Assembly (NCBI RefSeq): GCF_963921235.1
Contig: NC_086108.1
Coordinates: 22,940,001-23,004,000, forward strand
Reading direction: 5' to 3'
Length of the DNA: 64,000 nt
Source: Mobula hypostoma
Lineage: Eukaryota
Below are positions 51,534-63,749 of this stretch, piece by piece (the first letter of the stretch is position 1; each line of letters opens with the position of its first letter). Position numbers and translations under genes: made by a program. The notes under the pieces are model-generated. The model was given only the letters and a program-made list of their open reading frames with translations, searched no databases and had not been told where the DNA came from.

Positions 51534-52063
51534 CAGTGCTGTGCAAAAGTCTTAGGCACATACATATAGCTCGGGTGTCTAGGACCTTTGCACAGTATTG
51601 TATTTGTCAACATGGAGCAAAGAGCGAGTTTGTATATCTGGCAGGAGCAAACCATGTTGGGAATGGTAAGGTAGAGCACCACGGGGGTGTGGGAGATAGG
51701 TAGCAGAGAAAGAGTGCCAGGAGTGGGGCGGGGGGTGGCGAAGGTGCAGAAACACCCAGCCTTGAGACACCAGGCAAGGTTGTTTGATATCAAGTATTGC
51801 TTTATTGATCTTTACAGAATGTCTGTCTGGTGCTTCTTCCTCCTTCCCCTTTTCCCAACCTTGATACCATGATCCCCCTCTCTCTGACCTCTTCCACAAC
51901 AGAGACCCATATCGGAATCAGGTTTATCATCACTCACATATGTCATGAAATTTGTTTTTTTGCAGCAACAGTACAATGCAATACATAAAATTACTATACT
52001 ACAGTGTAAAAGTATTAGGCACTTTAACTTTATATATGCATCTACAGCTTTTGCACAGTGCTG
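51534..52063 (+). mobile_element. Hairpin-ended composite element, copy 3 (most complete)
   Basis: Palindrome at 51534-51600, ~400-bp core, and a second degenerate palindrome at ~52002-52063. Confidence 0.85.
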
Positions 52064-52859
52064 AACATTTCCACATCAGGATGGTTTGTAACTGGGAGAG
52101 GAACCTGTGGGTGATGGTATTCCCAAGCATCTGCTGCCTTTGTCCTTGGTGACGAAGGCTGTGTGTTTAAGAGGTGCTGTCAGTGTAGCATTGTCAGTAA
52201 ATGCAGTGCATTTTGTTGCTGGTACACACTGTAGTTTAACATTTCAACATTTTGATTGATGGATGGGGTGATAATAAATACTGATTTAAAATGGATGGTG
52301 TCCACCTTCTTGAATGTTGTTGAATTTGTCCTGGAAGGTTTCCAGATTCCTGAATATTGTGGACAGCATTCAATCATGACCCCGAAATGCACCCTGTGGA
52401 TGCTGATGAGGAAGGGAATCATTCACCGTGGGGCATCCAGGCTTTGGCATGCCCTTGTACTCCACTTTTTATGTGTCTGGCCCAGTTAAAGTTCTGCTAA
52501 TGGTGAGAAACTCAGTCCTGGCAATCCCATTTACTCAACATGGTGTATAATTTGGCCCTCTCTTGTTAGATATTCCAACTGCCCATTACTTGCGTGGCAC
52601 ATATGTTACCTGTCACTTAGCTAAACCACCTGAATTGAAATCTGCATCTTGTAGCATACAGGCAAAGCTGCTTCATTTGCTGAGAAGTTGTGAATGGATT
52701 TGTGCATTATGCAATCATCAGCTAGCAGCTCATTTCCAAAATAATGTTAAAAGAAACATCATTGGAAGATGGTTGTATAAATGAAGGTATTTTTTTTGCT
52801 ATCACCTGAGACCAAACCCTTGTGTGGTGCTAGAATGTGCAGCACTGCAATCACATATT

Positions 52860-54150
52860 GAGGTGGCCCAAAACTCAGGCCATGGTCCGCATGGCTTCCT
52901 CAAGGGAAGATCTTTCTGGACAAATCTGTTGGAATTCTTTAAAGAAATAACAAGCAGAATAGACAAAAGAGAATCACTTGATGTTGTGTACTTGGAGTTT
53001 CAGAAGGCCTTTGGCACATGAAGCTGCTTAACATGAGCCCATGGTAATGCAGGAAAGATTCCAGCATGGATATATCATTGGCTGATTTGCAGAAGGCAAA
53101 GCGAGGGTGTAAAGGGAGACTTTTCTGGCTGGCTGCCAGTGACTAGTGGTTTTCCACAGGGGTCTGTGTTGGGACCAATTCTTTTTACGTTATGTGTCAA
53201 TAATTTGAATGATGGAATTGTTGGTTTTGCTGCCAAGTTTGCAGATGATATGAAGATAGGTGGAGGGGCAGGTAGTTTTGAGGAAGTGGAGTGGCTACAG
53301 ATTAGGAGAATGGGCAAAGAGATGGCAGATGGAATACAGTGTTAGGAAGTGTATGGTCATGCACTTTGGTAGAAGAAATGTAAGGGCTGACTGTTTTCTA
53401 AATGGACAGAAAATACAAAAAACTGAGGTGCAAAGGGACTTGTGAGTCCTTGTGCAGGATACCATAAAGGTTAATTTGCAGGTTGAGTCTGAGGTGAGGA
53501 GGGCAACTGCAATTTCAAGAGGACTAGAACATGAAAGCAAGGATGTAATGTTGAGACTTTATGAAGCACTGGTGAGGCCTCACTTGGAGTATTGTGAGCA
53601 GGTTTTGGCTCCTTACCTTAGAAAGGATGTGCTGAAACTGGAGAGGGTTCAAAGGAGGTTCACGAAAATGATTCCAGGATTGAATGGCCTCTCATAAGAA
53701 GAATGTTTGATGGCTGTACTCACTGGTATTGAGAAGAATGAGGCGTGACCCGAGGCCTTTCAAGGCCTTTCAACATTCAATAGGGTTCAATGCCTTGATA
53801 GGGTGGGATGTGGAGAGGATATTTCCTATGGTGGGAGAGTCTAAAACCAGCAGACACAGCCTCAAAGTAGAGAGGCATCCTTTTAGAACAGAGATGAGGA
53901 AGAATTTCTTTAGCCAGGAGTGATAAATCTGCAGAATTCTTTGCCACAGGCAGCTCTGGAGGCCAAGTCTTCATGTATATTTATGGCAGAGGTTGATAGA
54001 TTCTTGCTTGTTCAGGTCATGAAGGGATATGGGGAGAAGGTCGAAGATTGAGGCTGAGAGGAAAATTGGATCAGCCACGATGAAATGGCGGAGCAGATGT
54101 GATGGGCCAAATGGCCTAATTCTGCTCTTATATCTTATGGTGTTATGGTC
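52860..54150 (+). mobile_element. Degraded CR1 LINE (RT plus 3' UTR)
   Basis: ORFs with HGFLKGRS, SGFPQGSVLGP, KFADD and LVRPHLEYC; CR1 tail. Confidence 0.92.
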
Positions 54151-54409
54151 TAAAACTCGACTATTAGAGGACAACAGCAGATGTCAGCATCTTGTCATTG
54201 TTGGTTTCTGTATGTTTGCACTGTCTGGACTTTATTCTGGATATTACTCAGGTTTGGAAAATCAGAGCTCCCAGCATACAGATCACTTACACACAGTTCC
54301 TGATTAGATTTTCACTCTCCGTAGATACTTCATGATCTGCCAGGCCTTCACAATACTTTCGTTTTGTTTCATGTCTCAGTGACCGATCTGTATTTCACAG
54401 ATTCTTGAG

Positions 54410-54843
54410 GTGTTGAGTTACTGGGAAAGGTTGAATAGGTAAGGACTATTCCCTAGAGTGTAGGAGAATGAGGGGAGATTTGACAGAGGTATACTAAATG
54501 ATGAGAAGTATAGATAGGTTAAATGCAAGCAGTCTATTTTTCCACTGAGGTGGGGTGAGATTAGTCCTGGATATCATAGGTTAAGGGTGAAAGGTGAAGT
54601 ATGTTAAGGGGAACCTGAGGGGGAACTTCTTCACTCAGAGGATGGTGTGAGTGTGAAATGAGCTGCCAGCGGAAGTGGTGGATATGGGTTCGACTGTAAT
54701 GTCTAAGAGAAGTTTGGATGAGTGCATGGATGGGAGGATTACTTTGGGCTAAGGTCCAGGTGCAGGGTCAATAGGATTAGGAAGAACAGTCGGCACAGAC
54801 TAGTTGGACTACAAGGCCTGTGCTGTAGTGCATAATGACTCTA
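54410..54843 (+). mobile_element. CR1 LINE 3' fragment
   Basis: aggagaatgaggggagatttga..ttcttcactcagagg..aatgagctgccag, ending in atgactctat. Confidence 0.8.
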
Positions 54844-56129
54844 TCAACTTCGTCCTCTAGAAACACGGAAATTAGTTGGGTAACTTTACCCAATCTGAGA
54901 TATCCCATCCTCGCCCTCTCTGCCACTTCAAAGTAACTTATTTTCTCGGCTTCTTAGTCCTTCACCTGAAATATTAACCCAATGTCTCTCTCCACAGTTA
55001 CTGTCTGACCTGCTGAGTGTTTCTGGTATCGTCTACTGTTATTCCTAAAAGGGAGCTTGTTGTGGGTCCAGTGAACAGACCTTACCACACCTTAGACTGT
55101 GACTTTCACATCGGGGTGGGTTAGCCCAAATCTTAAAAACGTAATAAAGAAAATAATATTGGTGTGAAGACATTTCCGTTCTTCCTAATGAACAGCCCCA
55201 CAAGAGTCCAGCCAGACCGAGCGGAGGGTGAGTTCCTGAGAAGGGTAAATGTAAATTCAGCCTCTCTTTGCTGATGTTCTCTGGGTTTATCTGTGGGCCT
55301 GAACCATTTATGGCCATGTGCCTGTTTGTCTTGCAGCGAGGAGATGGTACCTGCTTTTCAATGCAACAGGGATTTATATCTGCAAGCCCCTGCCACAAAA
55401 TATAGCTAAGGGCGCCAGGCAGAATTCCTTCTGCTCTACAGATCTCATTAATTTGTGGTTCTAAACTCCACTAAGTGCAAGGATAGGCCATCTGTATACC
55501 TGCCTGAAAACACACATACTGTCACCCAGAGGGTCGTGATTAACAGTAAGGAAGGCCAGGTTCTTTTCTGGTTGTTTATTAATGTGAGAAATATAATTTT
55601 CCCTCAATAAGAACACACTTCTACATTTAAAGAGAAGTATGTAAATGAATATTTGCAGCTGAATTGCTTCTACTGTGAGTATATAGGTCAGGAAGAGATC
55701 AGCTGTACAGCAATCTGATGCACTACTCAAAGATGAACTTGAAAAAATCATGGGCTAAGTAATCCTCTGGGCATCTTTCTAGATTTTAGAGTCGCCACAA
55801 GATTGATAAAGCCAAGCATTTCAAAATCTCTCGAAATTCCTTCTGCAGAGTGTTCCTAAGCAATTATTCCTTCGTTCCAGGCAACAATTCCGATATTTTT
55901 AATGGAATGATTCAAGACATCATGGACTCTTAGAGAATGAATTCATCATTGGAGACTAAGTATTTCCCACCGTATGAGATCCTCCTTAAGACCAGGCCCG
56001 TTTATCGGATGCAATCATTCTGTAGCAGCTGATTAGTACATTCATTTAAGAAATCAGATCAGGATTATGGTGTTATTACTTGGAGCTATACAATATGTTT
56101 CATGCTCTGAGCCAGATCCCACAGACCGA

Positions 56130-57550
56130 AGTCAAAATTAGGTTTATTGTCACCTGCACAAGTACATATATGCACAGATGTAAGGAAAAGCTTACTTGCA
56201 GCAGCATCACAGATTCATAGCATCAGATAAAGAGTATTCACAAGAAAAGCATAAATTAAATTATGCATAATTTTTACAAGAAAGAACGCAATTAGAACAA
56301 AAAAAAAACTCCATTGCATGCAAAGTAGTTAGAGTATTGCTCTACTTGGGGTAGTGACTAGGGTTGTACAGATTGGTTTGAAAGTTGAATAGTTGAAGGG
56401 AAATAGGTGTCTTTCACCTGGTGGCATGGGACTTCAGTCTTTGGTGCTCCTGCCTGATACCCTGTGAAAAGATGGCATGTTCTGGATGGTGGGGATCTTT
56501 GAGATGGGTGTGGCACCTCATGTAGATACAACTGATGGTGGGGAGGGGCATTCCCATATTAGGCTGATTCCACTACTCTCTGTAGCTTTTTACATTCCTT
56601 CCATTCAATCCATTGAAGTACATCTGCAGTACATACTGTAGACAACACAGACTGCTGCTACTGTGCATCTGTGCTGGAGAGAGTGAATCTTTGTGGAGGG
56701 GGTGTATATCTAGTGGACTGTCATGTCAGCATCAGAATCATGTTTATTATCACTGACATAGAGTACTGTGCAAAAGTCTTACGCAGCTAGGCTGCCTACA
56801 ACTATTGCACAGTACTGTATTTGTCAATGCGCAGTAGAGAGTGAGTTTGTAAATCTGGTGGGAGCAAATGATGTTGGGAATGGTGAGGGTGGAACAGCAT
56901 GGGAGGAGTGTGGAATAGGGGGCAGAGAAGGAGTGCCAGGGATTGGGGTGGGAGTGGGTGACGTGGGTGCAGACACACCCAGCCTTCAGACACCAGGCAA
57001 GGTCATTTGGTCGCAAACAACTGGTTTATTGATCATTACAGAATGTCTCTCTGGCGCTTCCGGCTCCTTCCTCTTTTCCCAGCCATGATTCCCCTCTCCT
57101 TGTCCCTTTCCCACTCACAATGCACAATAGAAACACAGGTTCATCAACACTCAAGTATATCATGAAATTTGTATTTTTCTTGTAGCAGCAGAACAGTGCA
57201 ATCTATAAAATCACTACAGTACTTGCAAATGCCTTATGCTCCCTGGATACATATATGTGCCTAAGGCTTTTGCACAGTACTGTGTCATAAAATCAGTTGT
57301 TCTGCGCAGCAGTATGGTGCAAGACATAAAATTTACAGTAAGTTACAAAAGTAAATAGTGCAAAGGAGGAATAATATAGTCTTCCTTATTGATGTATGCC
57401 ACTTTCGTCAGGCACCACCCTTTGAAGATGCCCTTGATGGTGGGGAGTGTTGTGCCCATGACAAACCTGACTGAGTCTGCAACACTCTGTATCACTTGTA
57501 ATCCAATGCATTGTAGCCTCCAAACCAGACAGTGATGCATCCTGTCAGAC
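56130..57550 (-). mobile_element. Two Rex1/Babar LINE 3' fragments, the second split by composite element copy 4
   Basis: Reverse tails (tttattgtcacctgcac; gtttattatcactgacata|tgtcat) and ORF 57343..57621 (MGTTLPTIKGIF). Confidence 0.7.
56761..57282 (+). mobile_element. Hairpin-ended composite element, copy 4
   Basis: Palindromes at 56761-56817 and ~57217-57282 around the shared core; cleanly splits a LINE tail. Confidence 0.85.
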
Positions 57551-57559
57551 GCTCCTTCC

Positions 57560-58320
57560 CTGATTAGAGTTGAGTTTCTTGAAGCTGCACACGTCCAGGA
57601 AAGTGCAGAGCATTCCATCACACCGACTCCTAGCCTCTGACCTGTGGTCTATATGACTACTCCAGTTTCTAGTCAATGGTCGATGCCCATCCTTGAGGAT
57701 GGGATATTTGTGGAGCCACCTCCTCTGAAGAATTTATTGTCCACCACCATTCACATCTGAATGTGGCAGGATTGCAGAGCCTAGCTGGCCAGTCCTGTTT
57801 GGCCAGGTCTGGCCCATTTAGCATGGCAGTAGTGCCATACACATGATGATGTGTTTTTTCACTGTGGAGATGAGATTTTGTCTCCACAAGGACTCTTACT
57901 GACACTGTTATGGACAGATGCATCTGTAACAGGTCTATTGGGTAAGTCAAGATCAAACAGGCTTTTCTCTCCTGTTGGTTCCCTCACCACCATCTGCAGA
58001 GCCAACAGAGCACCAATGTCCTTTAGTGCTCGACCAGCTGGATCTGCAGTGGAGCTACTGAGCCACTCTTGGTGATGGATGTAGACGTCCCCCACCCAGG
58101 GTACATTTTGTGATTAGTCACCCTCAGTGCTTCCTCCAAATGATTTTCTACGTTGAGAATTGATTCCTCAGCCAAGGGGAGCATGGGGAGAGACAGCTGA
58201 CGGCAATCGATTCCTTACTAAAGTTTAACCAAATGCCACAGGGCTTCATGGATGTGGAGTCAATGTTGCGGACTGCCAGGGTAGTTCTCTTCCCCCCACC
58301 CCCATTGTACACACTACCTC
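57560..58320 (-). mobile_element. Ancient CR1/L2-group LINE endonuclease remnant (related pieces at ~37210-37400 and ~52070-52780)
   Basis: MGDVYIHHQEWLSSSTADPAG..VVREPTGEKSLFDL is a decayed APE (GDFN.HH..W, PTRG..LDL). Confidence 0.7.
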
Positions 58321-58847
58321 TGCAGACATGTAGAACACAACGTATCCAAAAATAAGAAGAGCTTGTGCTGTTAATTATAAATTATGATTCAGTGAGTATG
58401 ACTTGATAGACAGTTGTTTGACTAGTTTGTATGATGAGTTTGATTACCAGACAACATTGACAACTGATAACAGAGTCATGGAAATGCAGAGATAGTTGTG
58501 AAGGAAAATCCTAGTTTTCTGCAACCCCTCAAGGGATGGTAAGAAATCCTCTCATAGAAGTATATGCAGAAGTCTAAAATTTTTCTTCCGGCATTGGAAC
58601 CAGGGAGACATCTGAATGTGACTAACATAAGCTAGACTCAATGCTCAAATGGCAGCAGCTAAGGTCAGTGACCTGCCATTACTGATGACTGGGGACACAG
58701 TGAGGATGACATTCATACCAGACTGACACCAGGCATCACTGCAGGGAAAGTAACTCAACACATTGCAAGGTCAGGATGGATAAAGTTGTCCCAGAGTGGA
58801 GCAGGCAACATCCCTGGGAATCCACTCAAGAAGGTTGCTTAATATAA

Positions 58848-59600
58848 TTGAATTGAATTGACTTGTTGCTATTTCTTACATCCTTCACATACGAGGAGTA
58901 GAAATCTTTACGTTATGTCTCTGTCTAAATGTGCAATGTGCAATCATAGTAATTTATAATAATTTATAATAAATAGAACAGTCAATGTAACAGAAGTACA
59001 CTCAAATCAGTGTAAGTTAATCAGTCAGATGGCCTGGTGGAAGAAGTTGTCCTGGAGCCTGTTGGTCCTGGCTTTTATGCTACAGTACCGTTTCCCAGAT
59101 GGTAGCAGCTGGAATACATTGTGGTTGGGGTGACTCGGGTTCCCAGTGATCCTTCGGACCCTTTTTACACACCTGTCTTTGTAAATGTCCTGAATCATGG
59201 GAAGTTCACAACTGTAGATGTGCTGGGCTGTCCACACCACTCTCTGCAGAGTCCTGCGATTAAGGGAGGTACAGTTCCCATACCAGGCAGTGATGCAGCC
59301 AGTCAGGATGCTTTCAATTGTGCCCCTGTAGAAAGTTCTTAGGATTTGGGGGCCCATACCAAACTTCTTCAACTGTCTGAGGTGAAAGAGGCACTGTTGT
59401 GCCTTTTTTACCACACAGCTGGTGTGTACAGAGGTGATGTGGATGCTGAGGAACTTAAAGCTGTTTCCCCTCTCAACCCCAGGTCCATTGATGTCAATAG
59501 AGGTTAGCCCATCTCCATCCTCCTGTAATCCACAACCAATTCCTTTGTTTTTGTGACATTGAGGGAGAGGTTGTTTTCTTGGCATCACTGTGTCAGAGAG
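58848..59600 (-). mobile_element. Rex1/Babar LINE 3' portion
   Basis: ORF 59025..59627 (FKFLSIHI, ESILTGCITAWYGNC, FQLLPSGKRY) and an (ATTCA)n tail. Confidence 0.9.
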
Positions 59601-60249
59601 ATAGTCAAGATACTGGTATGCAGACACATCAGTAACCCAGCAGGATGAAAACTACCAGACCTTGCCAATGTGAGCACAGTAACTGCACCATATATGTATA
59701 GATATGCACGGGCAGCCCAGCAGCCCAGGTAAATGGAAAACTTTGTGCCAAAGTGAAGCAGGGACAAAAACAAATATTTTCAACATTTGATTCTTTTGCT
59801 TTTTTTATTATTAAAGAAGTAATGTAATATGTGGCTTATATGTTACAATTAAGGATTGTAGTATATGCTAAGTGTTTTGTTTATAAACTGCAATAATCTT
59901 TACAGAAACACTTCCAGGAAGTCTCTCCCTGTTGTTGGCTTGTCTCTGTGCAGCATACTCATAGCAGAGGAAAGATGAAAGTCTCACAGGTCCCATTGTA
60001 AGGTCTTTTGTTTAATAATGGACTTAGCTGGTTTAACCTGCTGCCTACCCCACTGATTCAAATATGAAGGATTTCAGGGATAGCGTGTGGTTGGAGATCT
60101 GTCTGCGGTGGCTGGTTCTCTCGATATTATCCTCCAGTGCAACCCCAGCATAACAGAAAATACCGAATGAGGTACCGTACCTATGACTCTCTTGCAGGAG
60201 TGACCATGGGAAGATTCTATGTGGTGACGGGGATCATGATACAGTCTGT

Positions 60250-60620
60250 GAGTCACACAGTATGGAAACAGGCCCTTCGGCCCAACTCATCCATCCTGAC
60301 CAAGTTGTCACTCTGAGATGATCCCATTCGCCCACATCCTCCAAACCTTCCCTGTCCACATGTGCTTTAAACATCATAATTCTACTTACCTGTACTACTT
60401 CCTCTGGCAGCTCAATCCACATACCCATCACTCTGTGTGAAAAGGTCGCTTTCAAATATTTTTCCTCTTAGCTTAAACCCATGCTGAGTTTTAGAGTCTC
60501 CTACCATGAGAATCAACTGTGGATCATTCATCTTATCTGTGTCCTTCATAATCATATATGATCATCCGTCAGCCTCCAGTACTCCATGGGGAAAATTCCT
60601 AACCTATCCAAATTCTTGCA
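60250..60620 (-). mobile_element. Degraded CR1 3' fragment
   Basis: ORF 60234..60455 (FSHRVMGMWIELPEEVV) and tail ggaaacaggcccttcggccc. Confidence 0.75.
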
Positions 60621-60899
60621 ACTCAAGTCCAAATCTCACACACACATGCATGTGGGTGTTACAGAGAAGCTTAATGTATCCTCCAGCTACTCTAATATGC
60701 TGTGCTGTCTTTCGGCTCCTGCTTTTTTGTATTCCTGTGGAGACTCTGGATCCCTCACTGGGGCCAGAAGACCTTGGATAGAAATCTCAGAATACAAGTC
60801 ACCTTGGAATGGGACATCCCATCACAGGTTGTAGCCATGATTCACTATGGAGAGTCATCTGCTTGTATTGAGATGGCAATCAGCAAAAAACAAAAGGAC

Positions 60900-61185
60900 G
60901 GCCCAGTGGCGTAGTGGTTAGAGTATCATCTTACAGCACCTGGCGGTTCAATCCTTGCCACTTTTAAAGAGTTTTCATGTTCTCTTTGTGGCCATGTGTA
61001 GTTCCTCCAGGTGCTTCAGGTATGGTTAGAGTTTATGAGTTTTGGGCATGTTATTTTGCTGCCAGGAGCATGCCAACACTTGCAAAATCCATGCTGATTT
61101 AATTTGATGTAAATGATGCATTTTACTGTATGTTTTGATGTTCATGTGACAAACAAAACTAATCTTTAATCTAATCTTTAATCCT
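60900..61185 (+). mobile_element. tRNA-derived SINE (V-SINE-like) with a LINE-derived tail
   Basis: A-box TGGCGTAGTGG, B-box GGTTCAATCC, V-like ttcctccaggtgct, and an (aatctt)n tail. Confidence 0.7.
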
Positions 61186-61519
61186 ATTTACAACATCATC
61201 TTTTTAAATTAATGTTGATGTAATGTACCAAATTGCTGATGCTCTCCATGTGTGTTCACTTGGCAGGCTTGCATATTTGTTACAGGAGTCTAGTTTGCAG
61301 TATTTGCTGCCATGATGTACACCAGATGGAATATCAGATGATGTGGTTAAAGGTTCTATGCTACCGGTGCAAGTTGTCTCGGTTCTCTGCCGCTTGGAAG
61401 GTTTTGATGCCACATTTGGTGAGGGGGCAACAAGCTACCAATGGAATAGTCAATGCCTTTGTCACCTGTGGTGATACCTGTTTGGCCAGATCATATCAAG
61501 GCCCTTGACTCTGCGTTTG

Positions 61520-62800
61520 CTCCAACCTCATAGCCCAATGGCTAAGCAAGCTCACCACCTCCTCTACTTCCTAATTTTTACGGTGCACCATAGAAAGCAT
61601 CCTTTCTGGATGGATCACAGCTTGCTATGGCAACCACAGTGCATGTAACCGCAAGAAGCTGCAGAGAGTTGCAGATGAAGCTCGGCGCATCAGGGAAGCA
61701 TCTATGGACTCTGTCTGTATTTCTCACTGCCTTTTTAAAGCAGGGAACTTAATCAAAGACCCCACCCACCCCGGGCATACTCTATTCTCCCCCCTTCCCC
61801 CGGATAGAAGATACAAATGCCTGAAAGCACGTACTATAAGGCTCAAGGACAGTTTCTACCCTGCTGCTATAAGAGAAATAAATAGTTCCTTGGTACAATA
61901 AGTTGAGCTCTAGATCTCATAATTTACTCAGTTAGGATCTTACATCTTACTACTGCACCACAGTTTCTCTGTAACTCTTACACTTTATTCTACTTGTACT
62001 ACCTCAATGCACTGTGTAATGATCTGATCTATATGAACAGTATTTAAGACAAATCTTTCATTGCATCTAGTTACATGTGACAATGATAAACCAATTCCAA
62101 TTCCAATTCTAATATGGTTTAATTGCTGAGAAATTGACTTCATGGATATCATCCACTGTATGTAAAATCCATGTCAACTTCTATAGATGTGTAGTGGACA
62201 ATATATTGACTGGCTGTATCACAGCGTGGTATGAAAACACCAATATCCTCGAATGGAAAACCCTACAAAACTGGTAGATACAGCCCAGCCCATCTCAGGT
62301 GAAACCCTCTCCATCATTAAGCATATCTACATGGAGCGTCGTCACCAGAAAGCAGCATCAACCATCAGGGATCCCCACCACCCGGGTCATGCTCTCTTCT
62401 TGCTGCTGCCATCAGGGATGTGATACAGGAGCCTCAGCACTCATACCACTAGGTTCAGGAACAGTTACTACCTCTAAAATCTCTTTGGCACTTTAACCGA
62501 GGGGGATAACTTCACTCAACTTCACTTGCCCCGTAACGCACTGTTCCCAATACTGATGGACTCGTTTTCAAGGACTTTTCATCTCACGTTCTTGATAATT
62601 GTTGCTTGTTTGTTTGTTTATTTATTTATTTATCTTTTGTATTTGCAGAGTTTGTTGTCTTTTGCACACTGGCTGTCTGTCCTGTTGGATTCTATTATTA
62701 TTAATAGATTTATTGAGTATGACCACAAGAAAATGAATCTCAGGGTTGTACATGGTGTCGAAAATGTACTTTGATAAAAAGTTGCATTGAACTTTGAACT
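61520..62800 (+). mobile_element. Two tandem Rex1/Babar LINE 3' fragments (~61520-62110 and ~62170-62800)
   Basis: ORF 61704..61901 (IKDPTHPGH..RRYKCLKART.RLKDSFYP). The first copy has an (attcca)n tail and the second a (ttgaac)n tail. Confidence 0.85.
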
Positions 62801-63005
62801 TTGAAATTCTTCAAAGCATCCAATGGATCAAATCCTCCAGTACACAGAATAGTAGAGATACAGCAGCTCAGTAATGCAAACGTAATCAGGCTTAAAGGAG
62901 AGAATGGACGATGAAGGAAACTAAAGGAATTAAAATGAAAGCAATAAACATTATTGAGTTACATGTATCAGGGCTGAGACAGGAAAACTGTGATAAAGAA
63001 AATGC

Positions 63006-63232
63006 AAACAACAGGAATTCTGCAGATGCTGGAAATTCAAGCAACATACATCAAAGTTGCTGGTGAACGCAGCAGGCCAAACAGCATCTATAGGAAGAGG
63101 CGCAGTCGACGTTTCAGGCCGAGACCCTTCGTCAGGACTGTCCTGACGAAGGGTCTCGGCCTGAAACGTCGACTGCGCCTCTTCCTATAGATGCTGCTTG
63201 GCCTGCTGCGTTCACCAGCAACTTTGATGTAT
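63006..63232. mobile_element. 227-bp palindromic mini-Penelope with two back-to-back hammerhead motifs
   Basis: 93-bp arms (63046-63138 and 63140-63232) with 1 mismatch and a 1-nt spacer. 40-bp one-sided tail. 13-bp TSD ATAAAGAAAATGC (62993-63005 and 63233-63245). Confidence 0.93.
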
Positions 63233-63749
63233 ATAAAGAAAATGCTACTGATTGTAAAAGTGAACCTTTCTCAACAGATTGAACATAACCAAAATTATAA
63301 AAATCTGAAGTAAAAGTGGAAAATTTTGAAAACATTCAGCTGCTCAGGCAGCAGAAGTGGAAGAGAACTGGAGTGAATGTTTCAGGGAACTCTACACTCT
63401 AATTGTGTTACTTGGACAATGGATTTTACTGAAAGGGAACTAATTTATGAGCCTATTTTTTGCCCCCTATATGAAGTGTCTTGGGATGTGTTTTAATGTT
63501 AAACGCTCGGTCAGATTCTGTTCGCATTGTGGTTAAATGATTGGTCAGATACATTCATTTGGTTTATCTCAATGCCCAGTGCTTTAAACCCCACGAGACT
63601 TTATTTTGTTCTTATGCAATTCATTTGGTTCAAAACAGTTAATACCTTGGAGTAGTGGTTCTTCCCGCTCTGCTTCCTCCAGACCTTTAGCATTGGGCTG
63701 GTGTGAGACAGGATGAAACAGACTGGAAATGATAGAAGATAATAATCCT

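Noticed and set aside
60198..60247. 50-bp plus-strand exon candidate (ttgcag|...|gtgagt)
   Set aside because: The donor overlaps a CR1 tail and the peptide is unrecognisable, so it is likely chance.
60900..60960. tRNA gene
   Set aside because: A and B boxes are present but there is no complete cloverleaf, and it continues into a SINE body and tail.
63046..63232. Pre-miRNA or DNA-transposon MITE interpretation of the palindrome
   Set aside because: The arms match the PLE 3' terminus at 44.75-44.85 kb and 48.28-48.38 kb, and it has the PLE-type tail and 13-bp TSD.
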